Notes under the pieces: generated by a model
What the model saw: the letters and a program-made list of their open reading frames with translations, nothing else
The model's database searches: none
Told to the model about the DNA's origin: nothing
Assembly: GCA_964625685.1 (NCBI GenBank)
Contig: CAZVBO010000002.1
Coordinates: 55,440-119,439 of the forward strand
Direction: 5' to 3'
From: an uncultured Pseudomonadales bacterium
GTDB taxonomy: Bacteria > Patescibacteriota > Microgenomatia > UBA1400 > PJMF01
Length of the DNA: 64,000 nt
Made by a program: the position numbers and the translations under genes
Shown: positions 20,367 through 29,220 of the stretch, one piece after another
Position numbering within the stretch: the first letter of the stretch is position 1
Layout: each line of letters starts with the position of its first letter

Positions 20367-21002
20367 ATGAAACAAGGTATCTTAATTTCATTTGAAGGTA
20401 TGGAAGGCGCTGGCAAATCTACTCAATGTGCGCTTCTGTCTGAAAAAATGAAGGCTCAAGGGTATGAAACTGTTCTGATTCGTGAACCCGGTGGTGTTCC
20501 TATTTCCGAAGATATTCGCAATGTGGTATTGAGTGCTAAAAATAAAGAAATGGCAGTTACGACTGAGGTACTGTTATTTCAAGCAGCTCGGGCACAATTG
20601 TATGCTCAAGTGGTACTGCCGAGCCTAAAGGCGGGTAAAGTAGTGATTATGGATCGGACCCGTGATAGTAGTGTGATTTACCAAGGAATGGTACGAGGGG
20701 TAGGTATAGAGTTGATAGATTCTCTTAACGATTATTCCACTCAACAAACTTTGCCAGTACTGACTTTTTTGTTGGATGTTCCAGCAGAGGTGGGGATGGA
20801 ACGTATCACTAAATCTCGAGAACTTGATCGAATTGAAAGTGAAGGGGTGGAATTGCAAAAACAGGTTTGCCAGGCCTATTTAGACTATGCCCATCAGGAT
20901 AAATCAGGTAGATGGATAATGGTGGATGGTGAACAATCAATTGAAGAAATTTCTCAAGAAGTGTGGCAACAGGTTCAGACGAAACTCTTACCATCATCAT
21001 AA
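20367..21002 (+). CDS. tmk: Thymidylate kinase
   Basis: ISFEGMEGAGKSTQ P-loop, a DR(Y/T) region (MDRTRDSS) and a LID-like region. Confidence 0.9.
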   Translation: MKQGILISFEGMEGAGKSTQCALLSEKMKAQGYETVLIREPGGVPISEDIRNVVLSAKNKEMAVTTEVLLFQAARAQLYAQVVLPSLKAGKVVIMDRTRDSSVIYQGMVRGVGIELIDSLNDYSTQQTLPVLTFLLDVPAEVGMERITKSRELDRIESEGVELQKQVCQAYLDYAHQDKSGRWIMVDGEQSIEEISQEVWQQVQTKLLPSS

Positions 21003-21114
21003 TTTTTCTCAAAAAAGAATAAGCGGAATATTGATTCAGTTGCCTGCATTAGCAAGTCTGAAACAGGGGGCATGGTATACTGACCTCAATAATTCTATTT
21101 ACTCAAGGAGCCGC

Positions 21115-21780
21115 ATGAATTTTTCAACTAAGACTCTCACCATTGCCTCTGTTATCGGTATTTCTGGATTGGTACTCAGTGGATGCAGTTTTCCTGGTCA
21201 GTCGGCCAACCAAAATGGAACTGCCACTCAACAACAAAATCAGCAAGAGGCCCAACAAATGGCTGCCGCCATCCAGAATGGTCAACCTGCTTATTGTCTA
21301 ATGACTAAACCAGGGACGAATGAAAAAATTGAATATTGGGTAAAAAATAAAAAAATGAGAATGATGGGTACTGGCATTTCTAACTCAGATGATTCGGCAG
21401 AGATGATGGGTAATATGATTAGTGATGGAGAGTATATTTACGTTTGGGGGGAGGGTCAAAGTACGGGGGTGAAAATGAAGATCCCTACTGAAGAAGAGCA
21501 AAGGCAATCGCAAGAACGATATCAAGAATATATGGACAAAATTCCATCTGAAGAAGGAAATTACGAACAACACTTAGAATCGGAATACCAAGATCAGGGC
21601 TATACCGTCAATTGTCAGTCGGAAACTATTGGGGATGATCAGTTTATGCCACCCACTAGTATCACCTTTACTGATATGGCAGTCATGATGAAGGCTATGC
21701 CCTCTGCTCCTGTCATGAATGAAGACGATCAAGCCGCTTTTGAAGAGATGATGAAACAGTATCAAGTTCAAGGTCAATAA
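21115..21780 (+). CDS. Putative lipoprotein, Q/M/E-rich
   Basis: The internal ATG at 21115 gives MNFSTKTLTIASVIGISGLVLSGCSF, a signal peptide with an LSGC lipobox. The upstream part of the track ORF overlaps tmk and is implausible. Confidence 0.6.
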   Translation: MNFSTKTLTIASVIGISGLVLSGCSFPGQSANQNGTATQQQNQQEAQQMAAAIQNGQPAYCLMTKPGTNEKIEYWVKNKKMRMMGTGISNSDDSAEMMGNMISDGEYIYVWGEGQSTGVKMKIPTEEEQRQSQERYQEYMDKIPSEEGNYEQHLESEYQDQGYTVNCQSETIGDDQFMPPTSITFTDMAVMMKAMPSAPVMNEDDQAAFEEMMKQYQVQGQ

Positions 21781-21822
21781 TTTTGGTTCTTGCATATCTC
21801 TTACTCAGGTTTTATCATGGGA

Positions 21823-21852
21823 ATCCTAGTGCCAGTCACTAGGATTTTTTTT
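21823..21852 (+). terminator. Intrinsic terminator
   Basis: atcctagtg-ccag-tcactaggat stem-loop followed by a T8 run. Confidence 0.75.
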
Positions 21853-21901
21853 ACCAGTCACTCAAATCATAAGTGCATTCAAGCACTTAGAATGTAATTA
21901 T

Positions 21902-21928
21902 TCCCGCGTCAGACGCGGGATTTTTTTT
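21902..21928 (+). terminator. Second intrinsic terminator in tandem
   Basis: tcccgcg-tcaga-cgcggga stem-loop followed by a T8 run. Confidence 0.75.
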
Positions 21929-21971
21929 AGCAATTAAAGAAGGGTTCCAGCTTTTGCCGGAATGATAAATC

Positions 21972-23603
21972 ATGTCCACCTACCAAAAAGTTTCATCATA
22001 TGAGGGTCGAAAAGGAGAAATCAAAAAAGTGGTGTTGCTGTATTCAGGGGGACTTGATACTTCGGTGATGTTGAAGTGGATTCAAGATGAGTATGAGGCA
22101 GAGGTGATTGCCTTGACGATTGATATCGGCCAACAAGCAGACGATTTAGAAAAGATCCGTCAAAAAGCTTTAAAATTAGGGGCTATTAAAGCCTTAGTGA
22201 TTGATGCTAAAAAAGAATTTGCGTATCACTATCTAGCCAAAGGCATTAAAGCCAATGCCAGTTATCAAGGGAAATATCATTTGAGTACGCCGATGGGTCG
22301 GCCACTGCTTTCGAAAATTGCGGTAGATGTAGCCCGTGAATATGGGGCAGATACGATTGCACATGGGTGTACAGGCAAGGGGAACGATCAGGTTAGAATT
22401 GAGGGTTCAATTTTGACTTTAGCTCCAGAAATGAAAATCATCGCTCCAGTACGAGAGTGGAGTATGGGTCGAGATGAAGAGTTGGCTTATGCGAAGAAAA
22501 ACCATATTCCTGTAAAGCAAACCAAAGCTTCTCCCTATTCTTATGACGATAATATGTGGGGGGTGACCGGAGAAAGTGGTGAAATTGAAAATCCAGCTTT
22601 AATTCCGCCACTGAATAAAATTTTGCAAGTCTGCCGTTTAGTCGAAGATACTCCTGATAAACCACAATATATCAAACTCCGGTTTGTGAAAGGTTTACCA
22701 GTTGAAGTTGATGGCAAACCAATGGATTTAGTGGATGTTATTTTGCATTTAAATAAAGTAGGAGCTAAACATGGAGTGGGGGTGACGCATCATATTGAAG
22801 ATCGATTGGTGGGTTTGAAAGTTCGAGGGATGTATGAGGCCCCAGCGGCAGAGATTATCATTAATGCTCATTTTAACTTAGAAAAATATGTCTCCACTCG
22901 GGAAGAAAATGAGTTCAAATCTTTGGTAGATACTAAGTGGGCCTATGTTTGTTATGGGGCACTTTGGTATGAGCCGTTGATGGATGACCTGAATGCTTAT
23001 ATTGAGCAGGTCAATAAAAAAGTTTCAGGCTTGGTCACAGTTAAACTCTTTAAAGGTCAAGCCGAGGTAGTCGCAGTTGATACTGCCAATACTATCTTTG
23101 ATGAAAAACTGGCTACATTTATGAAGAATGATGCTTTCAACCAAAATGCTTCTCCTGGTTTTATTGAAATTTATACTCTTCAAATGCGTTTAGCCCAAAA
23201 TACGGAGCGGTATGCCTTACTCACAATTGGTGAAGAAAGAAATAAGAAAAAGTTTCTACCGTTAGTCAAAGATTTACAGGAATTGGGTTTTAAATTTTAC
23301 GCTACAGAGAATACTCACAAATTCTTGAAAAAGCATAGAATTCCGTCAATTCAAGTTCATAAAATGTATAAAAAGGTCTATCCTTCATTAGAAGATGTAT
23401 TGAAACAAAATTTGTTCGATTTAATAATTCATGTTCCATATGACAAACAATTTGAAGAGTCTAAAGAAGATATAGAAGTCATTCATCGTTGGGCAGTGAG
23501 AAATAATATTAAGATTGTGGATCAATTTGATATCGCTAAAAAGCTCGTCGATGAATTAAAAAAACGCTTAGTTATGAGAAAGAATGGGAATGGGAAAAAG
23601 TAA
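21972..23603 (+). CDS. argG: Argininosuccinate synthase fused to a C-terminal MGS-like domain
   Basis: N-type ATP-PPase motif VVLLYSGGLDTSV and an ArgG body (AHGCTGKGNDQVR, YSYDDNMWG) over ~400 aa. The extra ~130 aa (ALLTIGEERNKKKFLPLVKDLQELGFKFYATENTHKFLKKHRIPSIQVHK...DLIIHVP) matches the MGS-like fold pattern of the CarB allosteric domain. Confidence 0.8.
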   Translation: MSTYQKVSSYEGRKGEIKKVVLLYSGGLDTSVMLKWIQDEYEAEVIALTIDIGQQADDLEKIRQKALKLGAIKALVIDAKKEFAYHYLAKGIKANASYQGKYHLSTPMGRPLLSKIAVDVAREYGADTIAHGCTGKGNDQVRIEGSILTLAPEMKIIAPVREWSMGRDEELAYAKKNHIPVKQTKASPYSYDDNMWGVTGESGEIENPALIPPLNKILQVCRLVEDTPDKPQYIKLRFVKGLPVEVDGKPMDLVDVILHLNKVGAKHGVGVTHHIEDRLVGLKVRGMYEAPAAEIIINAHFNLEKYVSTREENEFKSLVDTKWAYVCYGALWYEPLMDDLNAYIEQVNKKVSGLVTVKLFKGQAEVVAVDTANTIFDEKLATFMKNDAFNQNASPGFIEIYTLQMRLAQNTERYALLTIGEERNKKKFLPLVKDLQELGFKFYATENTHKFLKKHRIPSIQVHKMYKKVYPSLEDVLKQNLFDLIIHVPYDKQFEESKEDIEVIHRWAVRNNIKIVDQFDIAKKLVDELKKRLVMRKNGNGKK

Positions 23604-23604
23604 A

Positions 23605-24588
23605 ATGCAAGGTTGGAATTTTAAACCACTTATTTTAGAGGCGATTTCACAGCACGGAGGATGGGTGAATGCTCATGCTCATGTAGATCGAGCTTTTACC
23701 ATCAATCCAAATAGTCTTGAACTCTATAAGAAGCACTCACTTCAGGAAAAGTGGGATTTAGTTGATGAAGTAAAGCAAAATGCTACTGAAGAAGATTACT
23801 ATCGAAGATTTTCTCAAGCAATTGAAGTCATGATCTCTCAGGGAGTAACCGTGTTGGGTTCTTTTGTGGACATTGATCCTGTATGTGAAGATCGAGCAAT
23901 TAAGGCAGGCATTCGAGCACGGGAACACTATCAAAAAGATATTCAAGTAAAGTTTGGAATTCAGACTTTAAAAGGAGTTATTGAACCATCAGCCCGGTAT
24001 TGGTTTGATAGAGGCAGTGAATTAGTAGATATCATCGGTGGCTTACCCAAACGTGATGAGAGAGATTATGGAAAGGGTAAAGAACATATGGAACTCTTAC
24101 TAAGAAGAGGAAAAGAGATGGGGAAATTAGTTCATGTTCATGTTGATCAATTTAATACTCCTGATGATAAAGAAACAGAATTATTATGTGATTTAACCGC
24201 TGAATATGGTATGCAAAATCGAGTAGTAGCCATTCATGGAATTTCTTTGGGAGCACATTCAAAAACGTACCGTCAAAAAGTCTACCGAAAAATGAAGAAA
24301 AATGGAGTGATGATTATTGCTTGTCCGGTTGCATGGATAGATTCAGCTCGAACTGAAAAAAAGTTGCCTACTCATAATTCTTTAACTCCTATTGATGAGC
24401 TCATCCCAGCAGGAGTGACAGTAGCACTAGGAACTGATAATATCTGTGATTATATGGTGCCTTTTTGTGATGGAGATATGTGGCAAGAACTGATGTTATT
24501 GGCCACGGGAAATCGATATGTTGAAATTGATCAACTCGTATCAATTGCGACCACCAATGGTCGAAAGGTTTTGGGTTTAGCGCCATGA
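23605..24588 (+). CDS. Cytosine-deaminase-like amidohydrolase
   Basis: The metal-ligand pattern NAHAHVD ... HVHVDQ ... AIHG ... LGTDN parallels the CodA pattern HxHxD / HxD(E) / H / D. It fits less well to the dihydroorotase pattern DxHxHxR. The ATG at 23605 lies just after the argG stop. Confidence 0.6.
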   Translation: MQGWNFKPLILEAISQHGGWVNAHAHVDRAFTINPNSLELYKKHSLQEKWDLVDEVKQNATEEDYYRRFSQAIEVMISQGVTVLGSFVDIDPVCEDRAIKAGIRAREHYQKDIQVKFGIQTLKGVIEPSARYWFDRGSELVDIIGGLPKRDERDYGKGKEHMELLLRRGKEMGKLVHVHVDQFNTPDDKETELLCDLTAEYGMQNRVVAIHGISLGAHSKTYRQKVYRKMKKNGVMIIACPVAWIDSARTEKKLPTHNSLTPIDELIPAGVTVALGTDNICDYMVPFCDGDMWQELMLLATGNRYVEIDQLVSIATTNGRKVLGLAP

Positions 24589-25661
24589 AAGTGCCATTTT
24601 ATGATCCCACTCTTTCTTATGAAGATAATTTAGAGCAAGGACCTTTTGGTGAGTTTGCTGAAGTTGGGATGATTGAGAGACATGACTACAATCCTACTTA
24701 TTCATTTTTGGGTTCAAAAGTATATACCCCTTTCGGAATTCCAGCTGGACCATTAATTAATGCTAATTTTGTAAGTGCGGCTTTTAAAAAGGGCTTTGAC
24801 ATCTGTGTCTATAAAACTGTTCGTAGTCGGGCCTTACCATGTCATCCTCAGCCGAATGTATTAGCAGTTCAGGTTGAGGGTGATTTAACTTTAGAAAAAG
24901 CACAAGGGGAATTGATTGCCACTTCAGATTACACAGAACCGCTGTCTATTACGAACTCTTTTGGAGTTCCATCTTTGGAACCAGAACAATGGCAACCAGA
25001 TATGAAAAAAGCGGTTGAAGCAGCTGGTGAAGGGCAAGTCATGGTAGGAAGTTTTCAAGGTACTAAATCTGAATCAGGGAATCCAGAAGATTTAGTCACT
25101 GATTATGTTTTGGCAGCCCAACTGGTCAAAGAAACCGGAGCGAAAATTCTTGAAGCTAATTTAAGTTGCCCTAATGAAGGGACAGCCGACTTGTTGTGTT
25201 TTGATGTAGACAGAGTAGAGGTCATTGCTCGTAAAATTAAAGAAGAAATTGGGAATACGCCTTTGCTGATGAAGTTTGCCTATTTTGAGTCAAATGAGCA
25301 GTTAGAAAAGTTGGTGAAGCATCTTGGGCCAATTATCGATGGATTTTCGGCCATTAACACCATTCCGGCTGCTATTGTCAATAGAGAAGGAGATCAAGCA
25401 CTTCCAGGTGAAGGCAGACTCCGAAGTGGAGTGTGCGGATCCAGTATCCAATGGGCTGGTTTAGATATGGTAAAACGACTCAATCGATTGAGGAGTCACC
25501 ACGAAATGAAGTTTACTATTGTCGGTGTGGGTGGAGTGATGTCAGTCGATGCTTACAAAGCATATCGGCAGGCAGGAGCCGACGCCGTGATGAGTGCTAC
25601 GGGAGCGATGTGGCACCCAGATTTAGGAAGGAAAATCTTTGAAGATGAACACCGGCGATAA
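24585..25661 (+). CDS. pyrD: Dihydroorotate dehydrogenase family flavoenzyme (class 1-like)
   Basis: FGIPAGPL, LEANLSCPN (catalytic Cys motif of class 1 DHOD/DPD) and VGVGGV near the C-terminus. ATGA overlap with the upstream gene. Confidence 0.7.
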   Translation: MKVPFYDPTLSYEDNLEQGPFGEFAEVGMIERHDYNPTYSFLGSKVYTPFGIPAGPLINANFVSAAFKKGFDICVYKTVRSRALPCHPQPNVLAVQVEGDLTLEKAQGELIATSDYTEPLSITNSFGVPSLEPEQWQPDMKKAVEAAGEGQVMVGSFQGTKSESGNPEDLVTDYVLAAQLVKETGAKILEANLSCPNEGTADLLCFDVDRVEVIARKIKEEIGNTPLLMKFAYFESNEQLEKLVKHLGPIIDGFSAINTIPAAIVNREGDQALPGEGRLRSGVCGSSIQWAGLDMVKRLNRLRSHHEMKFTIVGVGGVMSVDAYKAYRQAGADAVMSATGAMWHPDLGRKIFEDEHRR

Positions 25662-26283
25662 CCAAGTCCATGTAATTGACCATCCTTTTGTTCAGGATTC
25701 ATTAACACATTTGCGCAATAAAGACACAAAGTTGCAAAAATTTCGGCATCACTCCGATAAAATTTGTCAACTATTATTTGCTGAAGCCATTCGAGGTTCA
25801 GAGTTTAGTGAAATTGAGATTGAGACTCCCTTAACGACCATGAAATCTCCCAAGTTGGCTGATGAAATTATTGTGGTTCCGGTACTGCGTGCAGGTTTAG
25901 CCATGCTCTTTGGAGCCATACACTTGTTGCCGAAGTCCAAAGTAGGGTTCATTGGCTTACAGCGAGATGAAAATACGGCCATAGCGAGTGAATACTACTG
26001 TAAATTTCCCCCCATCCAAGAAAACAGTGTAGTGATTGTGACTGATCCGATGTTGGCCACTGGGGGATCATCTATTCATTTATTACGTAAAGTCAGTCAA
26101 CAGCACCCCAAAGAAATGCGGTTAGTTTGTGTTTTGGCCGCTCCTGAAGGAATTGAAGCCGTTCACCAAGAATTTCCTGATGTTCAAATTTTTACCGCTG
26201 CCATTGATCAAAAGTTGAATGCCCAAAAATATATAGTCCCAGGACTTGGCGACTATGGTGATCGCTACTTTGGAACAGAATAA
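25639..26283 (+). CDS. upp: Uracil phosphoribosyltransferase
   Basis: VIDHPFVQDSLTHLRNKDT, VPVLRAGL, the PRPP loop VIVTDPMLATGGS and the C-terminal YIVPGLGDYGDRYFGT. Confidence 0.88.
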   Translation: MKMNTGDNQVHVIDHPFVQDSLTHLRNKDTKLQKFRHHSDKICQLLFAEAIRGSEFSEIEIETPLTTMKSPKLADEIIVVPVLRAGLAMLFGAIHLLPKSKVGFIGLQRDENTAIASEYYCKFPPIQENSVVIVTDPMLATGGSSIHLLRKVSQQHPKEMRLVCVLAAPEGIEAVHQEFPDVQIFTAAIDQKLNAQKYIVPGLGDYGDRYFGTE

Positions 26284-26305
26284 ATTATTTTTTTAAAGGA
26301 AACTG

Positions 26306-26950
26306 ATGAAAAATTACCAACAGTCAGTAGCTAAGGCGTTACTTGATATTCAAGCAGTCCGATTTACTCCTCAAGAACCTGTTCGATTTAAATCAGGTTT
26401 GTTGTCACCAATTTATTTAGATAATCGCATTTTCCCTTTTTATCCAGTGGCATGGAGAAGAGTTTTAGCTGGATTCAAACAGATGATTGAATCAGAAAAA
26501 ATCCAATTTGATTTGATTGCTGGAGTGGAGTCAGCTGGTATTCCTCACAGCGCTGCACTAGGCTTTTCTTTAAAAAAACCTTCTGTTTTTGTTCGTAAAG
26601 CTCTGAAGGAACATGGAACTAAAAAAAGGGTTGAAGGAGGAAATGTTAAAGGAAAACAAGTTGTTTTGATTGAAGATCATATTACTACTGGCAGTAGTAG
26701 TCTAGCCGGTGTAGATGCTTTACGTACGGAAGGTGCAAAAGTTAAACATTGTTTAGCCATTACCAGTTACGAATTTGAAGTTGCGGATACTTTGTTTTCT
26801 AAATCAAAAGTGAAGCTTCATACCCTTACTAATTTTTCAATTATTTTAAATGAAGCTTTAAAACGAAAACTCTTTTCACTAGAAGAAAAGAGGATGATTG
26901 AAGATTGGTTTAAAGATAGTAACAAATGGGAAAAAAAGTATTTTGGATAA
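26306..26950 (+). CDS. pyrE: Orotate phosphoribosyltransferase
   Basis: FKSGLLSPIYLDNR and the PRPP loop VVLIEDHITTGSS. Confidence 0.85.
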   Translation: MKNYQQSVAKALLDIQAVRFTPQEPVRFKSGLLSPIYLDNRIFPFYPVAWRRVLAGFKQMIESEKIQFDLIAGVESAGIPHSAALGFSLKKPSVFVRKALKEHGTKKRVEGGNVKGKQVVLIEDHITTGSSSLAGVDALRTEGAKVKHCLAITSYEFEVADTLFSKSKVKLHTLTNFSIILNEALKRKLFSLEEKRMIEDWFKDSNKWEKKYFG

Positions 26951-26956
26951 ATCCTT

Positions 26957-27769
26957 ATGACTACTTTTCAACAAAAACTTGATCAAATTCAAACACAGTC
27001 AAATTCTTTGGTCTGTGTTGGCCTCGACAGTGACATCGCTAAATTACCATCGCGATTTCTAAAAGCAGAACATCCTCAATTTGAGTTTAATAAATGGATT
27101 ATTGATCAAACTCATGACTTAGTCTGTGCTTATAAACCGAATTCAGCTTTTTATGAAGCCCGAGGAGCAGCCGGATTGATCGAGTTGGAGATGACGCTTG
27201 AGTATTTGCACCACAACTATTCCGAAGTTATTACGATTGATGATGCTAAGCGGGCAGATATTGGGAATACCAACAATGGGTATGTTCAGGCTATTTTTGA
27301 CCAACTGGGTTTTGATGCCGTTACGCTACATCCCTACTTAGGTCAGGAAGCGCTGCAACCATTTTTAGATCGAGCGGATAAAGGGTGTATTATCTTGTGT
27401 CGAACCAGCAATCCTGGAGCAGGGGAGTTCCAGGATTTAGCAGTGGGAAAAACCAAAAAACCACTCTGGCAGACTATAGCCGAACAGGTGAACCAGACGT
27501 GGAATCAGCACCAAAACTGTTTGCTCGTTGTTGGCGCTACTTATCCACAAGAAATGAAGGTAATTCGTCAACTGGTGGGAGAAATGACATTTTTAGTCCC
27601 AGGAATTGGAGCTCAGGGAGGCGATATTGAGGCTGTGCTGGCTGTTGGCTTAAATTCGCAAAAGAGGGGGCTGATTATTAATTCCGCTCGGGCCATTATC
27701 TTTGCGGATGATCCCCGTCAAGAAACGCAAAAACTTCGCGATGAGATTAATAACTTCCGGAAAGTGTAA
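26957..27769 (+). CDS. pyrF: Orotidine-5'-phosphate decarboxylase (long type)
   Basis: LVCVGLD, DAKRADIGNT and PGIGAQGGD motifs. Confidence 0.85.
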   Translation: MTTFQQKLDQIQTQSNSLVCVGLDSDIAKLPSRFLKAEHPQFEFNKWIIDQTHDLVCAYKPNSAFYEARGAAGLIELEMTLEYLHHNYSEVITIDDAKRADIGNTNNGYVQAIFDQLGFDAVTLHPYLGQEALQPFLDRADKGCIILCRTSNPGAGEFQDLAVGKTKKPLWQTIAEQVNQTWNQHQNCLLVVGATYPQEMKVIRQLVGEMTFLVPGIGAQGGDIEAVLAVGLNSQKRGLIINSARAIIFADDPRQETQKLRDEINNFRKV

Positions 27770-27910
27770 CTTTTTTCTTACTGTATCCATACTTTTCTGT
27801 TAAATACATACTAAATACATCAAAATATATCCTATATTTTTGGGGGTTGTCATATTTTTATTGATATAGTTTAATACCTATTAATCAAAAGTGAAGATTT
27901 TGAGGCGATG

Positions 27911-28090
27911 ACATCCAGATGTTTTCGCTCCCAAGCAACTGAATCTTGTACTGATCCTAGTACAGGAGAAAAACCAAGCGAGCTGAAACAGAGTGGATGT
28001 TTTTTTTTATAAAATTATGAAAAAGTGTAAGCAAAGTATCAATAATAAGAAAAAGGTTTAACTAAACCCCCGTTCGCTGCGGGGGTTTTT
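27911..28090 (+). repeat. Copy A of a ~175-bp structured intergenic element
   Basis: Near-identical to 30754..30926 from gttttcgctcccaagcaactgaa through gcgggggttttt, with a few substitutions and short indels. It contains a long-range stem (acatcca/tggatgt), an inner hairpin (27945-27966), a T9 run, an A/T-rich spacer and a GC hairpin. Confidence 0.85.
28064..28090 (+). terminator. GC-rich hairpin + T5 (terminator/attenuator) 16 nt upstream of the 28106 ATG
   Basis: aaa-cccccg-ttcgctg-cggggg-ttttt. It sits inside repeat copy A, immediately before RBS GAGGGAG and the start codon. Confidence 0.7.
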
Positions 28091-28105
28091 GATAGAGGGA
28101 GAAAA

Positions 28106-28894
28106 ATGGTTACTCAGGAATACGAAATATTTTTATTAAGAGTACTCAAAGATTCATTGCATTTCACGGAATTACAACGGCTTTTAGAGTTACATCAGAA
28201 TAACTTGGAGCATGTTATTCTTGATTTAACCCCACAGCAACTCTGGCTTGTGGTAGAGAGGTGTGATGACCCTAGCCTTTTAAAGTTATTAACTCAAATT
28301 CGATTTGCAGGATCAGCTGAGTTGATGAATGACAACCCTGAAGAGCCTTTCATTCTTTGGGAACCGATGAATCGAGCTCCCGAGCCTTGGGTAGCTTTTG
28401 CCTTAGCCAAAGCAATAAAACTAGAAATACAAACTCCTAACGATACCCATATCATAACTATCCCTTCTTCTGGTAGTTGGCTGAAACCTGGAATGAAGGA
28501 AATATTTCCTGAAAACCCATATATAGACATCCTCCGAAAGGAAGATTTGGAACCGGATCAACCCTTTTTCTATGAGTTTGATGTCCCATCACATTCCCGT
28601 AATAGGGTTCCTCGCCTTATGGCTTTGCTGACAAACCCACTTGATTTAAAAGGTAAAAAGGTATTGGTAGTAGATGATGTTCTAGCTAGAGGTGATGCTG
28701 TGAAACATGTCAGTGAGATGCTCACTTTCTTTGGAGTGGAAGTAGTCCAATTTGGGGTAGTGATGAGTAAGATAATGCAGGGTGGTTCAAATCTGTTAGG
28801 TCAATTTGGGATTGAAAGGTCTACTACTTTAATTCCAGTTCAAGCAGTATTGAAGCGAGATGACCAATCTATTGATTATACTTTTAGTGAGTAA
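28106..28894 (+). CDS. PRTase-fold protein with an N-terminal helical extension and an atypical PRPP loop (possible PyrR/PurR-like regulator)
   Basis: KKVLVVDDVLARGDAVKHVSEML is a type I PRTase PRPP-loop position, but it has RGD instead of TGGT/TGRT. The ~90-aa N-terminal helical region is not found in simple PRTases. Confidence 0.55.
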   Translation: MVTQEYEIFLLRVLKDSLHFTELQRLLELHQNNLEHVILDLTPQQLWLVVERCDDPSLLKLLTQIRFAGSAELMNDNPEEPFILWEPMNRAPEPWVAFALAKAIKLEIQTPNDTHIITIPSSGSWLKPGMKEIFPENPYIDILRKEDLEPDQPFFYEFDVPSHSRNRVPRLMALLTNPLDLKGKKVLVVDDVLARGDAVKHVSEMLTFFGVEVVQFGVVMSKIMQGGSNLLGQFGIERSTTLIPVQAVLKRDDQSIDYTFSE

Positions 28895-28899
28895 TATTT

Positions 28900-29217
28900 A
28901 TGCCATTTACACCTGATAATCCTTGTTTTGGTTGCCGACAAACTCAATTGGATGGAGAAAGAGTTGCGCCTTGCTGTTGGGATAATCAAATAATTATGGG
29001 TGTTATCAAGGCTATTCAATCTTTTCAGGGAAGACCTGGAGTAACTATTTATTCAACCTCCGATGAGATGGAAGTAAAAGTAGTTAATAATGGACCTTGT
29101 CCTCAACTCAACTTACAAACTGGAGCTTGTTTAATTCAAGGTCACAAGCCAGCTAGTTGTGAGAGTGTGGAACCTTACAATCATCGAATTTGTATTAAGA
29201 CTGATAAAAAGGAGTAA
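28900..29217 (+). CDS. Small Cys-rich protein, YkgJ/UPF0153-like (CxxCxxCC-type metal-binding domain)
   Basis: CFGC...PCC at the N-terminus plus C..GACLIQGHKPASC at the C-terminus resemble the putative Zn/Fe-chelating YkgJ family. Confidence 0.45.
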   Translation: MPFTPDNPCFGCRQTQLDGERVAPCCWDNQIIMGVIKAIQSFQGRPGVTIYSTSDEMEVKVVNNGPCPQLNLQTGACLIQGHKPASCESVEPYNHRICIKTDKKE

Positions 29218-29220
29218 AAA

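Noticed and set aside
27911-27925. AUCCAGA in repeat copy A, considered as a PyrR-binding loop (consensus UCCAGAGAGG)
   Set aside because: Only 6-7 nt match, and the corresponding position in copy B (aaacatctcg) lacks it.
27911-28090. Known riboswitch classes (purine, 2'-dG, ZTP, PRPP/ykkC, preQ1, c-di-GMP) for the repeated element
   Set aside because: I could not find the core consensus strings of any of these by eye. The question is kept open as an uncharacterised element rather than assigned.
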